Made by a program: the position numbers and the translations under genes. Positions 9,626-18,911 of a stretch of 64,000 bases of DNA are shown here, one piece after another. How positions within the stretch are numbered: the stretch's first letter is position 1; each line of letters begins with the position of its first letter. The notes under the pieces are model-generated. The model was not told the DNA's origin, did not search any database, and worked only from the letters and a program-made list of their open reading frames with translations. Source of the DNA: a virus (lineage: Duplodnaviria; Heunggongvirae; Uroviricota; Caudoviricetes). Where the stretch lies: IMG/VR virus record IMGVR_UViG_3300044712_000123; one strand, given 5' to 3'.

Positions 9626-10881
9626 TCATATACCTCTTTAATTTCTGGACAAATGTCCTCAAACTTCTCGTCACGGAACTCGTCTAATTCATCATTGAAT
9701 TTCTTGAATTCTAGGATACCACCTTTGTTCTCGTCACCTACAGTTAAATTGTAGATAATCATCTTGAACCCGTTGTAGATATCTTGGTTGTCTTTGTACT
9801 TGTTCTGATATACACGATACAATTCTGCTAGTCTACGCTTGACAGATACAGGAAGAATCATGATGTTTGCATACCATGGGTTAGTTGCTAAGTTGAAACG
9901 TGGGCTTGACTTAGTATCAATAAACCCTTCTTCAACCATATAGTCAAAGAAGTCAGGGAAGTGAAATACGTTCCAGATACTAATCGTAGGGGTGATTTGA
10001 AACTGAGCGTGGGGCACTTGTTCTTTAATAGCTTTCATGTTCTTCACGATACGTTCCCAATCAGTACCCTTACGAATTACCTCCGCAGTGTCTCCCATAG
10101 CATCTAAGCTAGCCCAGATTTTAAGCTGGGGGAACTTCTTCCAATACCCGATCAAGTCTTTGTCTTTGTACTTGAGTGAACTTAGATTAGTTGTATAAGT
10201 CAATTCAACTTGCTCATTCAATCCGTTCTCAATCCAATAGTCTAAGCATTCATAGTGTTCAGGTGTGATAATGATCTCGCCACCTGCGAAGTATACTTCC
10301 AATACGTCTTTCAAGTATGGCTTTAATTTGTTCATAAAGCTCATTTCTTCTGCTTGATTGATAACAATCTTGCGTGTCTTGAAATACTTTTCGTACTCGT
10401 CTACGCCCATTCTGTCAACAAACTCTTGAGCCCATAGACTAGAGCAGCCAGGGCCGCATGAGCGACATTTCATGTTACACATATTGCTGAATCGCAAGTC
10501 CATGTACTTCATCTTGAAGTCTGTAATCTCACCGTTGTCTTTAGTTGTCTCTGCAATTTCTTTGACATACTCTAAGCCTCTGCGCTTGTTATGACTTTGG
10601 CGCATTGTCCATGTGCCCATCAACTCTAAGTCATAGCAACGTTTACATGCTTCTACTGGCTCATCGTTAAGCATTGCGCTACGCATACGCTTATAGTCTT
10701 CGCTGTTCATCATCTGGATGATAGATTCATCCTTCTTGATTTCAGCAACAGGCATGTTGCTGTCAGCAATACAGCATGGCATCACACGGCCATCAGGCCA
10801 TGAATGAAAGTGTACCCATGGCAAAACACAAAAGTGTTTTCCATGCTTTACTAAATTCTCTACTACAATTGGATCTTGCAT
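9610..10881 (-). CDS. Radical SAM protein with N-terminal Twitch/SPASM-like domain
   Basis: FCVLPW..GRVMPCC...CKRC followed by CNMKCRSC and FAGGE. Confidence 0.9.
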   Translation of the reverse strand: MQDPIVVENLVKHGKHFCVLPWVHFHSWPDGRVMPCCIADSNMPVAEIKKDESIIQMMNSEDYKRMRSAMLNDEPVEACKRCYDLELMGTWTMRQSHNKRRGLEYVKEIAETTKDNGEITDFKMKYMDLRFSNMCNMKCRSCGPGCSSLWAQEFVDRMGVDEYEKYFKTRKIVINQAEEMSFMNKLKPYLKDVLEVYFAGGEIIITPEHYECLDYWIENGLNEQVELTYTTNLSSLKYKDKDLIGYWKKFPQLKIWASLDAMGDTAEVIRKGTDWERIVKNMKAIKEQVPHAQFQITPTISIWNVFHFPDFFDYMVEEGFIDTKSSPRFNLATNPWYANIMILPVSVKRRLAELYRVYQNKYKDNQDIYNGFKMIIYNLTVGDENKGGILEFKKFNDELDEFRDEKFEDICPEIKEVYEWAKS

Positions 10882-12128
10882 TATTCTGTTGCGTCTTTCA
10901 ATTTATTTAATTCGGGAAAAGTTTTCCAGAAACTTTCATCTCTGATTCTATCAATACTAGCAGTGTGTTGCAAGAAGATTGGCTTATTCTCGGCCCAAGT
11001 ATGACTGTCACTTGCAAAGTTTACGGCATCAGTAACCAATCGTGATAGACTTGTACCGTCACCCTCGTTACTCTTAGCCCATGCAAGTGCCTTCTCTGCT
11101 GCTTCTATCTTTAGCTCTTTGGGCAATGACTTAGCACTATAATAGCTAGGGTGAACTGCAAGATAGAGACTATGATACCAATCTTCTCTACGAATGATTC
11201 CTTTGTCTTTCAAATACTGATAGAACTCACCGATTGTGCTATAGTTAAAGATACTGAACACGGTGTTCATCTGAAACGAAACATAGTCTAAGTTACGGAA
11301 GCGCAATAGATTAGATTCAACGACTCCCCAATCTGTTCCTGAGCGTAGCCATTCAGCACGTTCACCATAGTGATCCACTGAGCAACTTAGCTCAATCTTC
11401 TTAAAGTGTTTCCACATGTCTAATAAATCGTAGTCTTTAAACTTGATGTTACTAGCGTTTGTATTGTATCTGAGTGTAATGTCAGTACGACCTTTGCGAA
11501 TCATTTCCTCAAGCATAATGTAATGCTCTTCGGTCAATGTAGGCTCGCCACCTGCAAAGTAAGCTAGGTCAATATGCTCGATATGTTCTAGTACTTCTTT
11601 CAATAGTTCGCCCTTGTTGTCGTCAGCATGAATGACAATTGGGTGCTTGGGATCGTGATTGGCTCGCATCTCTGCACCCCATTGGCTACTGAATTCTGAT
11701 CCACATGTTCTGCACTTGAAGTTACAAATGTTACTGAAACGAATATCAAAATAGTGCATCTTGAAGTCAGGGACTGTGCCATCTTCTAGTGTTGTAGGAA
11801 CGATATCATCAAAGTGTTTGGCGAACTGTTCTTTACTATAGTTACGGAACGAATGGGGTCCTGCTTCTTCATGCTTATAACAGAAGTCACAAATCTTGCT
11901 AGGCTTATCAGCTAACATGTCCAAACGCAATTGCTTCATATGGTCATTGTTGAAAGCCTCTTTAAGAGTTGTGTTCTTTGTATTAGCGTAGGGTTCTGTA
12001 TAGTTGTTACTACAGCACGGATAGATGTCACCTTTAGGAGTGACGTTCAAGTGCATCCACGGGAACATGCAGAATGTCTTACTATCGTTTAGTAAGTGGT
12101 CTTTATTAATAATTGGAATTGTTTTCAT
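10881..12128 (-). CDS. Radical SAM protein with N-terminal Twitch/SPASM-like domain
   Basis: FCMFPW..GDIYPCC...CDFC followed by CNFKCRTC and FAGGEP. Confidence 0.9.
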   Translation of the reverse strand: MKTIPIINKDHLLNDSKTFCMFPWMHLNVTPKGDIYPCCSNNYTEPYANTKNTTLKEAFNNDHMKQLRLDMLADKPSKICDFCYKHEEAGPHSFRNYSKEQFAKHFDDIVPTTLEDGTVPDFKMHYFDIRFSNICNFKCRTCGSEFSSQWGAEMRANHDPKHPIVIHADDNKGELLKEVLEHIEHIDLAYFAGGEPTLTEEHYIMLEEMIRKGRTDITLRYNTNASNIKFKDYDLLDMWKHFKKIELSCSVDHYGERAEWLRSGTDWGVVESNLLRFRNLDYVSFQMNTVFSIFNYSTIGEFYQYLKDKGIIRREDWYHSLYLAVHPSYYSAKSLPKELKIEAAEKALAWAKSNEGDGTSLSRLVTDAVNFASDSHTWAENKPIFLQHTASIDRIRDESFWKTFPELNKLKDATE

Positions 12129-13369
12129 GCAGGGAATCTTGCTTTACGTGGATCTAACATTGTTCTTAGTTCCGGGAATACTACAGAGAAGTCTTCGCTT
12201 CTCAACTTGTCTCTAAGTTGAACTTCTTTGATAAAATCAAACTTATGCTCATGCCAAGTGTCTTGTGAGAATACCCAAGGGTTAGCATTTTCTAATTGAG
12301 AAATTGCTTCTTTCTTAAAGCCCTTAGTTTTGAACATCTTCACGGTCTCATCCATCTTGACTTTACCGATCTCTTTTAAATGCATAGGTAAAATGTGTGC
12401 TGCTAGTTCCACTGGAGTTGACATGTTGTATAGAGTATACACTAAATCTTTACGACTGTAAAGACCTTTATCCAACAAGTACGTATAAAATTCCTGTAGT
12501 GTCAAATAGTTAAACACACTCAGTACAGTATTAATCTGAATGTTAATGTATGGAGTCTTCTTAACTGCTAAGAAGTTTTCTTCGATTTTCCCCCAGTCGC
12601 ACCCATGACGAATGTATTCGGCACGTTCACCATAGTGATCGATACTTGCGTAGACTTCAACCTTAGTATCAAAGTGCTTCCATAGATCCAAAATATCTTT
12701 GTCTTTGAACTTGATATTACTCATGTTCGTATTGTATCGTAGCTTGATATCTGTCTTACCCTGACGGATCATTTCTTCTAATAGAATGTAATGTTCCTCA
12801 GTAATCAATGGTTCGCCACCTGCAAAATATGCGCTGGACATGTTCTCAATCTGCCCAACAACGTCATTTAAGAATTCGTCATTACGCTTTGGAACTAAGT
12901 CAAAGATCGGGAATCGCTTTGCTTCTTCCTGTTCCCACAACGTACTAAAGCCGGGACCGCATGTGCGACATTTTTGGTTACAGATATTGCTAAAGCGAAT
13001 ATCAAAGTAACGCATCTTAAAGTTGTTCAGTGTGCCGTCATCATTTGTGTCTGCAAGTGCCTCGTCCGCATACTTTGCAAACTCTTGGTTAAGCATTAGT
13101 CTGGAACTACGAATGCCAGAGTCTTCATGGTCGTGACACTTAGAACATTCTGGATTCTTGATGCCAGCAAGCATGTCTTTTCTAAGCTCATTCATCTTAG
13201 GACTGTTGACAATTTCAGTGAGTGACTGAGTATGTGCATTTCCTACACCCTTTTCACTACCGCATGAGTTTGCAATGCAGCAAGGCGCAGCTACCCCACT
13301 TGGACTTGTATGAATGTGAATCCAAGGGGAAATACAAAATGCTTTGTTATCAGTTAAGTGCTTGCTCAT
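12125..13369 (-). CDS. Radical SAM protein with N-terminal Twitch/SPASM-like domain
   Basis: FCISPW..GVAAPCC...CSKC followed by CNQKCRTC and FAGGEP. Confidence 0.9.
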   Translation of the reverse strand: MSKHLTDNKAFCISPWIHIHTSPSGVAAPCCIANSCGSEKGVGNAHTQSLTEIVNSPKMNELRKDMLAGIKNPECSKCHDHEDSGIRSSRLMLNQEFAKYADEALADTNDDGTLNNFKMRYFDIRFSNICNQKCRTCGPGFSTLWEQEEAKRFPIFDLVPKRNDEFLNDVVGQIENMSSAYFAGGEPLITEEHYILLEEMIRQGKTDIKLRYNTNMSNIKFKDKDILDLWKHFDTKVEVYASIDHYGERAEYIRHGCDWGKIEENFLAVKKTPYINIQINTVLSVFNYLTLQEFYTYLLDKGLYSRKDLVYTLYNMSTPVELAAHILPMHLKEIGKVKMDETVKMFKTKGFKKEAISQLENANPWVFSQDTWHEHKFDFIKEVQLRDKLRSEDFSVVFPELRTMLDPRKARFPA

Positions 13370-14757
13370 TTAGGATTCAATCTATTAACTTCCTGACATA
13401 GACGATAGAAACCCAAGTACTCTGGAAACACAGCAAGCATATCAGTGTCGCGGCGCTCGTCTAGTTCATTGAACCAGTTGTAGAAATCTCTACGACCTTC
13501 AATGAGTTTTGCTTCCGGATAAACTGTTTCACCCATGTAATCAACGACACGTTTGAACTTCTCATACTCAATAGTAGAGAATGCTTCGGCTTTGGTATCG
13601 TCAACGTTTGCTTCCATAAAAGCTAACGCTTCATGCATATAGGGCATGAATTCTTCTTTAGGAAGAATGTTCATATCATATTGTATAGGATCACGCAGAT
13701 AAGGAGTATCAAAGCGAACACGGTGTTGCTTTTCATCTTCATACCATCCATACTGCTTACGCCATTCTAAGAACTTAGCCAAGAAGTCTTTGAACGTAGT
13801 TACACTAAAGATGTTGAACGTAATCATAAACGTGATAGGACTGTTTGTGTTCTGTAGATAGGTATGGAAGTTCTTTTCCCACAACTCTAAGTCAAGACCA
13901 GTACGGATATATTCTGCTTTTGGACCCCATGTATCTAAACTAGTGAATAGCTTGAATGCACGAATCTTTTTGTCGTCACATAATTGCTTGACCGATGTTG
14001 CTAGTTTCTCAACTAATGCAGTCTTTGTGCCCAAGTTACTATTGATGTTAAGCTCTAACCAGGGCATAGGATCATCGTTAATCTCTTTCAACAATTTCCA
14101 TGTACTAGTGTGCATAGTGGGTTCACCACCAGTAACTCGCATGATGTTCAATGTCTTGCGTAGTTCAGGCCACCATTTCCAAAATGCATCAACGTATGGG
14201 TTTTCTTCTTCACGTTGATACAATGTCATCCAGTCAATATCGCAACGGTGATTCGTAACAGTTGTTACTGGGCCATGTTCTTTGATTTCATTAAAAAAAC
14301 GTGTACTATATTTGGGGTGACAATATCCGCACTTAAAATTACACTCGTTCCCGAAGTTGATCTCCAGATACTCAGGGTTGATGTTTTGATTCCAAGCACC
14401 TTTAGCGGTTTGCTCATAACGTTCCTCCGTAAAAATACTAGCATTGCGAATGTGTCTATCGCTAATGTAGTCAGGGCCCATTGCTTCGATATTCCAGCAA
14501 TACTGACACCCGACAGGCTTCTCGCCTTCAAGCATTTGCTTGCGTTCGTCTTTTTTAAACTGTGTATTGTGCAGTGCTGATGGGTTATCAGCCAACTCAC
14601 TCAATGGAATCTTGTGAGGTGCAGGGTGATAGCAACTGTGTGTCTCACCTGATTGCAAATACATAGTAACGTGATGCCACTTAGCCAAACAAAATGTTGG
14701 GCTAACTGCATTCATGATAGGGATTGTACGCTTAATGCGTTCTTGTTCTGTAGACAT
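13366..14757 (-). CDS. Radical SAM protein with N-terminal Twitch/SPASM-like domain (divergent; CYH instead of CC)
   Basis: FCLAKW..GETHSCYH...CQYC followed by CNFKCGYC and TGGEP. Confidence 0.88.
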   Translation of the reverse strand: MSTEQERIKRTIPIMNAVSPTFCLAKWHHVTMYLQSGETHSCYHPAPHKIPLSELADNPSALHNTQFKKDERKQMLEGEKPVGCQYCWNIEAMGPDYISDRHIRNASIFTEERYEQTAKGAWNQNINPEYLEINFGNECNFKCGYCHPKYSTRFFNEIKEHGPVTTVTNHRCDIDWMTLYQREEENPYVDAFWKWWPELRKTLNIMRVTGGEPTMHTSTWKLLKEINDDPMPWLELNINSNLGTKTALVEKLATSVKQLCDDKKIRAFKLFTSLDTWGPKAEYIRTGLDLELWEKNFHTYLQNTNSPITFMITFNIFSVTTFKDFLAKFLEWRKQYGWYEDEKQHRVRFDTPYLRDPIQYDMNILPKEEFMPYMHEALAFMEANVDDTKAEAFSTIEYEKFKRVVDYMGETVYPEAKLIEGRRDFYNWFNELDERRDTDMLAVFPEYLGFYRLCQEVNRLNPK

Positions 14758-15713
14758 TACCAGCCCTCAATTTTACGAATCACATCCATCTCGGTTACAA
14801 GAGGGCCTAGATTGTGTTTGTCTGCGTTATAGTGACGCTTGAAGAACTTAGATTGATCTGGACTTAGAGTGCAGATTGGCAAGCCTAGCTTGTCTTTCAA
14901 GTGCTGACCAATACCTTCACCATCGCTGATTGGATCCAAGTCTTTAACGGTGTCCCACATCTGAAGATAGTTATCGAACCATTGAACATCACGGTGGTCC
15001 CATGTATCTATCAACAAGGTGTAGTATGTTCCCATACGAGCACCATAGATAGCCCACATGCCGTTCTCTACATCTGCACCCACGTTATGCCAGATAGTCA
15101 AGTTGTTTAGGTTACGACTTGCTACGTTGACTTTGAATTCTTCTACAGTAGGCTTTGCTCCACCCACTAGACACATCTTAACACCTTCACGGAAGCCAGC
15201 ACGCCATGCTTGAAACGGTGTCATGTTGGGATATGTTGTCGAGTAGCAATCATACATTGCCCAGTAAATGTTGTCTTTGCTGTCCATACAGAAGTCAGCG
15301 ATACGTGCAATGTCACCGTCTTTCTGATTCTCATGTGTCTTCATGTTCGCAACATATTCTTTTGTCCAGCTACTCATACCACCGTTACCATAACGTAGTC
15401 CGTTGATATTGTTGATAGCCTTCCAGCGAAACTGTGCTTTCTTGTAGATAGGGTCTTTATCACGAAAGTCAAGTTGCATGTCGAAGAATGATTCTTCGGG
15501 CATGTTGTCACCGTCAATTAAAATAAATCGTTCAGTGTCGCTTGCTTCCCCGGCAGCCTTATGAGCCGCGTCAGAACCCTTAACACCGTCAACACGTTTG
15601 GCCCAAGGTACCATGTTCTTAATCTTGAGCCAAAATTCTTCTTTTTGTGGTTCATCATAGCTTAGGTAGATGCAGTCTAAATCTGCTACGTCTACGATAT
15701 CATCTGAGTTCAT
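14757..15713 (-). CDS. GT-A fold glycosyltransferase-like protein
   Basis: YLSYDEP, AHKAA, FILIDGDN (DxD), GLRYGNGG, AWRAGFREGVK. Confidence 0.65.
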   Translation of the reverse strand: MNSDDIVDVADLDCIYLSYDEPQKEEFWLKIKNMVPWAKRVDGVKGSDAAHKAAGEASDTERFILIDGDNMPEESFFDMQLDFRDKDPIYKKAQFRWKAINNINGLRYGNGGMSSWTKEYVANMKTHENQKDGDIARIADFCMDSKDNIYWAMYDCYSTTYPNMTPFQAWRAGFREGVKMCLVGGAKPTVEEFKVNVASRNLNNLTIWHNVGADVENGMWAIYGARMGTYYTLLIDTWDHRDVQWFDNYLQMWDTVKDLDPISDGEGIGQHLKDKLGLPICTLSPDQSKFFKRHYNADKHNLGPLVTEMDVIRKIEGW

Positions 15714-16044
15714 ATGTGTTTAGTTTCCAATATTGTGTCTTTACGTTGTATGGCTTGCTTGGGATAATGCTGATATCGTACTCACTACATAAAGTGCCTT
15801 CACTATCATGTGGCATTAACTTAGAGACAACCATACTAGGAGCAACAGTAGATAACTTACCATCGATAACTCTTACATCAGGTCTAGCCTGCGCAAAAGT
15901 CAATGCATCAATAACAATATAGTTACCCTCAAATTTTTCACAAGTATATGTGACGACCTTACCATTTTCATCATAATACAATCTGAATTCAGGAGGTATG
16001 ATCTTGGGCGCTTCCCAAACGATTATTTGTTCTTGTTCGTCCAT
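15700..16044 (-). CDS. Hypothetical protein
   Basis: 114-aa ORF overlapping both neighbours in the operon. Confidence 0.7.
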   Translation of the reverse strand: MDEQEQIIVWEAPKIIPPEFRLYYDENGKVVTYTCEKFEGNYIVIDALTFAQARPDVRVIDGKLSTVAPSMVVSKLMPHDSEGTLCSEYDISIIPSKPYNVKTQYWKLNTYELR

Positions 16045-16796
16045 TTGTTGCTCTCGTTAATTTTATCACAAAAGTTCTTGATATGATAGTGAAAAGGATA
16101 CTGCTGCGGATACGTATTTACTCTTACAACTGTTGGTGATATTTCATATACTAGTGTATCTGTCCAATCTTCTGTAGGGAGACCGTTAATCCATTGCTTC
16201 ATATGTGTCATTCCCATTTCATCAAACGCAGGTAGTAGCGAATTCTCTACTCCCACAATGTGGCTTGCAATACTATACGCCCAATCAGTTGTAGCACGTT
16301 CTTGAGGGCTACATTTTAAGATAGCTTTATACTCATCCCAATTCTCAAATACATCACGCACAATACCATAGAACTTTTCAGCCGTTTCAGACTTCTTAAA
16401 ATATGTGATACTGTTATAAGTATCGGGTAGATTGTTGTCGTAGATGAATCCTCTGTATGCTTTGATATCAGAGATTTCTCCTTTGAAGTTTCGTATCGTA
16501 CTAGATACGACCAAGTCCCTACTCTCTAACACATCCCACCAGTGCTCAATGCTACGAGGAATATACATGTCAGCCTCTAGTTTGATAGTTAGATCGTAAG
16601 GACTTGCTTCGTAAACTTGCCAGTCATTCTGTAACTTCCAATCAGTATCAGGAGCTTGGTCACTATGGGGTAACATCTCCGTCGTGATGATAGTTACATT
16701 CGCGTTGGGCATAACATTCTTAATGCTACGCTCTAATGTTTGGGCGCACTTAACATAGTCGCCACCTTGTGCCATAATTACAAAGCCCTTAGTCAT
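16023..16796 (-). CDS. GT-A glycosyltransferase-like protein (GT8/mannosyltransferase-like)
   Basis: KGFVIMA, YEASPYDLTIKLEADM (ExD variant of DxD); paralog of 16793..17596. Confidence 0.65.
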   Translation of the reverse strand: MTKGFVIMAQGGDYVKCAQTLERSIKNVMPNANVTIITTEMLPHSDQAPDTDWKLQNDWQVYEASPYDLTIKLEADMYIPRSIEHWWDVLESRDLVVSSTIRNFKGEISDIKAYRGFIYDNNLPDTYNSITYFKKSETAEKFYGIVRDVFENWDEYKAILKCSPQERATTDWAYSIASHIVGVENSLLPAFDEMGMTHMKQWINGLPTEDWTDTLVYEISPTVVRVNTYPQQYPFHYHIKNFCDKINESNKWTNKNK

Positions 16797-17596
16797 GCTA
16801 TTAGCTCCATAAAGTTATCTTTGTTCATAACGTGAAAGTCAGTATCTTTGATAGTTGTATATTCTTTGCGAATCTTTCCACGTTGCCAGTTGTCAAACAT
16901 CACTGTATATTCAGTGTTTAGTTCTTCGTCATTATTGTTATAGACTGATGTGTTCTTACCCACGTGAACTAAGTTCCATGGGATAATGTCTTCTGGTCTA
17001 TCAGCATGTCCATTAGTAATTCTAAGTGCTAGTGTTAGTGCATAGTCATTACGATAGACTCCACCAATAAAGCTATGAATGTTTGCATAGTGATCGTAGT
17101 TCTTTTGTACCATCTCTAAGCATTCAAAAATTTGTTTTGCTCTTTGTGTTTTTCTAAACATTACGACAGTAGCCCACAATGTCTTGTAGCTATACACGCT
17201 CAATACTTCTTGTGCTACACCGGGGTGCATCAAAAAACTAGTTGTGTCGTGACATGCAAAGTCAGTAGGAAGGTCAAAAGTCTTGAGTAGAGTATCACCA
17301 TTAACCATATAGTCAGTATCGAGTAATAGTGTTTCATCATACGGACTAAGTTCATACGCTTGATATCTACCTTTGTTGATCCAAATGTTGTAGTCTCTTA
17401 CATTTGACTTGTCAGCTTCGACAACAATAGTCTTGTCAAAATCGTATGTTACTTTGTTTGGAATAGATGATTCATCTGACACAATCGTTACAGGTAATCT
17501 TAAAAAGTGATTGATGCGTTTAGCTGTGGCTACAGCCATTTCGTAATAGTTGTACTTGGGAGAGTTAAACGCAAATAGTAATGCGCCTCTACTCAT
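16793..17596 (-). CDS. GT-A glycosyltransferase-like protein (GT8/mannosyltransferase-like)
   Basis: RGALLFA, YELSPYDETLLLDTDY (DxD), RNDYA, HVMNK. Confidence 0.7.
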   Translation of the reverse strand: MSRGALLFAFNSPKYNYYEMAVATAKRINHFLRLPVTIVSDESSIPNKVTYDFDKTIVVEADKSNVRDYNIWINKGRYQAYELSPYDETLLLDTDYMVNGDTLLKTFDLPTDFACHDTTSFLMHPGVAQEVLSVYSYKTLWATVVMFRKTQRAKQIFECLEMVQKNYDHYANIHSFIGGVYRNDYALTLALRITNGHADRPEDIIPWNLVHVGKNTSVYNNNDEELNTEYTVMFDNWQRGKIRKEYTTIKDTDFHVMNKDNFMELIA

Positions 17597-17898
17597 CTTT
17601 TACCTTCTAGTTCTTTCCATTCACTGAACCATAGTTGCATAGTGTCGTTGTACGTCTTGTACAACACATCATGTAGTGCAATTCGGTTAACTAGTACGGG
17701 ATTTTCGAACGTGTCGATTAGGACTACTATGTCATCTGTACTAGATGCTAGAAATCCCAATAGTTCGGGTGATGCCTTCCAAAGTCCCCCTTGGTCAGCA
17801 ACAAGTAATTTGCTGCTGTATTTGTCTTTTAGATAGGCTTTGGCCGAGTTATGATTGAAGCGGGCCTTGGCTTCACTTATTAGTTGCTTTGTATCCAT
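17593..17898 (-). CDS. Hypothetical protein, first gene of the modification operon
   Basis: 101-aa ORF with AGGAG RBS and late-promoter motif upstream. Confidence 0.8.
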   Translation of the reverse strand: MDTKQLISEAKARFNHNSAKAYLKDKYSSKLLVADQGGLWKASPELLGFLASSTDDIVVLIDTFENPVLVNRIALHDVLYKTYNDTMQLWFSEWKELEGKR

Positions 17899-17913
17899 GT
17901 ATACTCCTAAGAG

Positions 17914-17921
17914 TATTTAGA
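17914..17921 (-). promoter_or_regulatory. Putative late promoter (TCTAAATA)
   Basis: CTAAATA followed by TAGGAG RBS and the ATG at 17898. Confidence 0.65.
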
Positions 17922-17945
17922 ATGAATACAAAGCAACAATAAAAA

Positions 17946-18899
17946 TTATGAGCCTGTTACTGTTCCAGTAACAGAGATTGAGCCCCAAGAGTTGGCAATG
18001 TTTGTAGTTTCGGGTGCTTGTACAGTCACTGTTGTGGCTGAACCTGTACTTGCAACTAGACCGTTAGGAATTTCATCCCAAATTGTATAGATGGTAATTA
18101 CTGATCCAGTATCAGCGTTTGAACCCTGTGTGCCGTTGCTCTTTGCTACAACCGCAATGTTAGTCCCCAAGTAACCTGCAGGGCCAGTTGAAGCAGTCTG
18201 CGTAAACACAGTTGCGTTCGATATAGTCATCGCATAGTAACCAGAACCTGAACTGATAGTAGGTGCGTTACCGCCGCCACCGATTCTAGTAATTCCGTTG
18301 TATGACGTACCTGCAATAGTAACTGAACCTGATGTAGGTGCAGACATGACAACTGTACCAATATTACTTGCTAAATTATTCAGTAACAAGTTAATACCAG
18401 TACCTGTAGGGTGAGCACATGTTATTTTCAATTGCCCACCGGCGTTGAAAAAATATCTAGCAGCGTCACCTGACGCAAAAGTTACAGTGTGTGTGAAAGT
18501 GATCGCAGATGACCATGTACTTGCGTATGTTGCTGTGTTTGCTGTTGTAGAACCTTGAGTGGCTGCGTTCAAGCGACTGTTATATACAGTTGTTAAGTTT
18601 GTAGGAATAGCAGACAAATATGTAATCGTACCACCAGCAGTAGGTGTTGTAACAGCAGTGATAGTGGTACCCTGATGTGTTGCTGCTGATGCAGTATTTG
18701 CAACCAAAGTTGCCCATTGACCAACTGCTGCCACAGTGTTACCTGCAGCAACGTTTGCTAGTGCAGTTTGACCGTAGCCTGCTGTACTACCACCAGTAGC
18801 CCAAACTGCGTTTAGTGTACCGGAAGTAGTAGTAGGGTTACCCCCTGCTAATGTGTTGAAGTCTGTTGCTTGAACTGTACCGTATTGTGCGTAACTCAT
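17946..18899 (-). CDS. Thr/Ser/Gly/Ala-rich virion structural (tail-fibre-associated) protein
   Basis: Small-residue-rich, beta-like composition; ARYFFNAGG motif; directly downstream of the tail fibre gene. Confidence 0.65.
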   Translation of the reverse strand: MSYAQYGTVQATDFNTLAGGNPTTTSGTLNAVWATGGSTAGYGQTALANVAAGNTVAAVGQWATLVANTASAATHQGTTITAVTTPTAGGTITYLSAIPTNLTTVYNSRLNAATQGSTTANTATYASTWSSAITFTHTVTFASGDAARYFFNAGGQLKITCAHPTGTGINLLLNNLASNIGTVVMSAPTSGSVTIAGTSYNGITRIGGGGNAPTISSGSGYYAMTISNATVFTQTASTGPAGYLGTNIAVVAKSNGTQGSNADTGSVITIYTIWDEIPNGLVASTGSATTVTVQAPETTNIANSWGSISVTGTVTGS

Positions 18900-18911
18900 T
18901 GTATTTCCTTA

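Noticed and set aside
8657-14757. RiPP cluster interpretation of the SPASM-like radical SAMs
   Set aside because: No precursor peptide, RRE/PqqD domain, protease or transporter is visible, and the context is entirely sugar enzymes; not fully excluded
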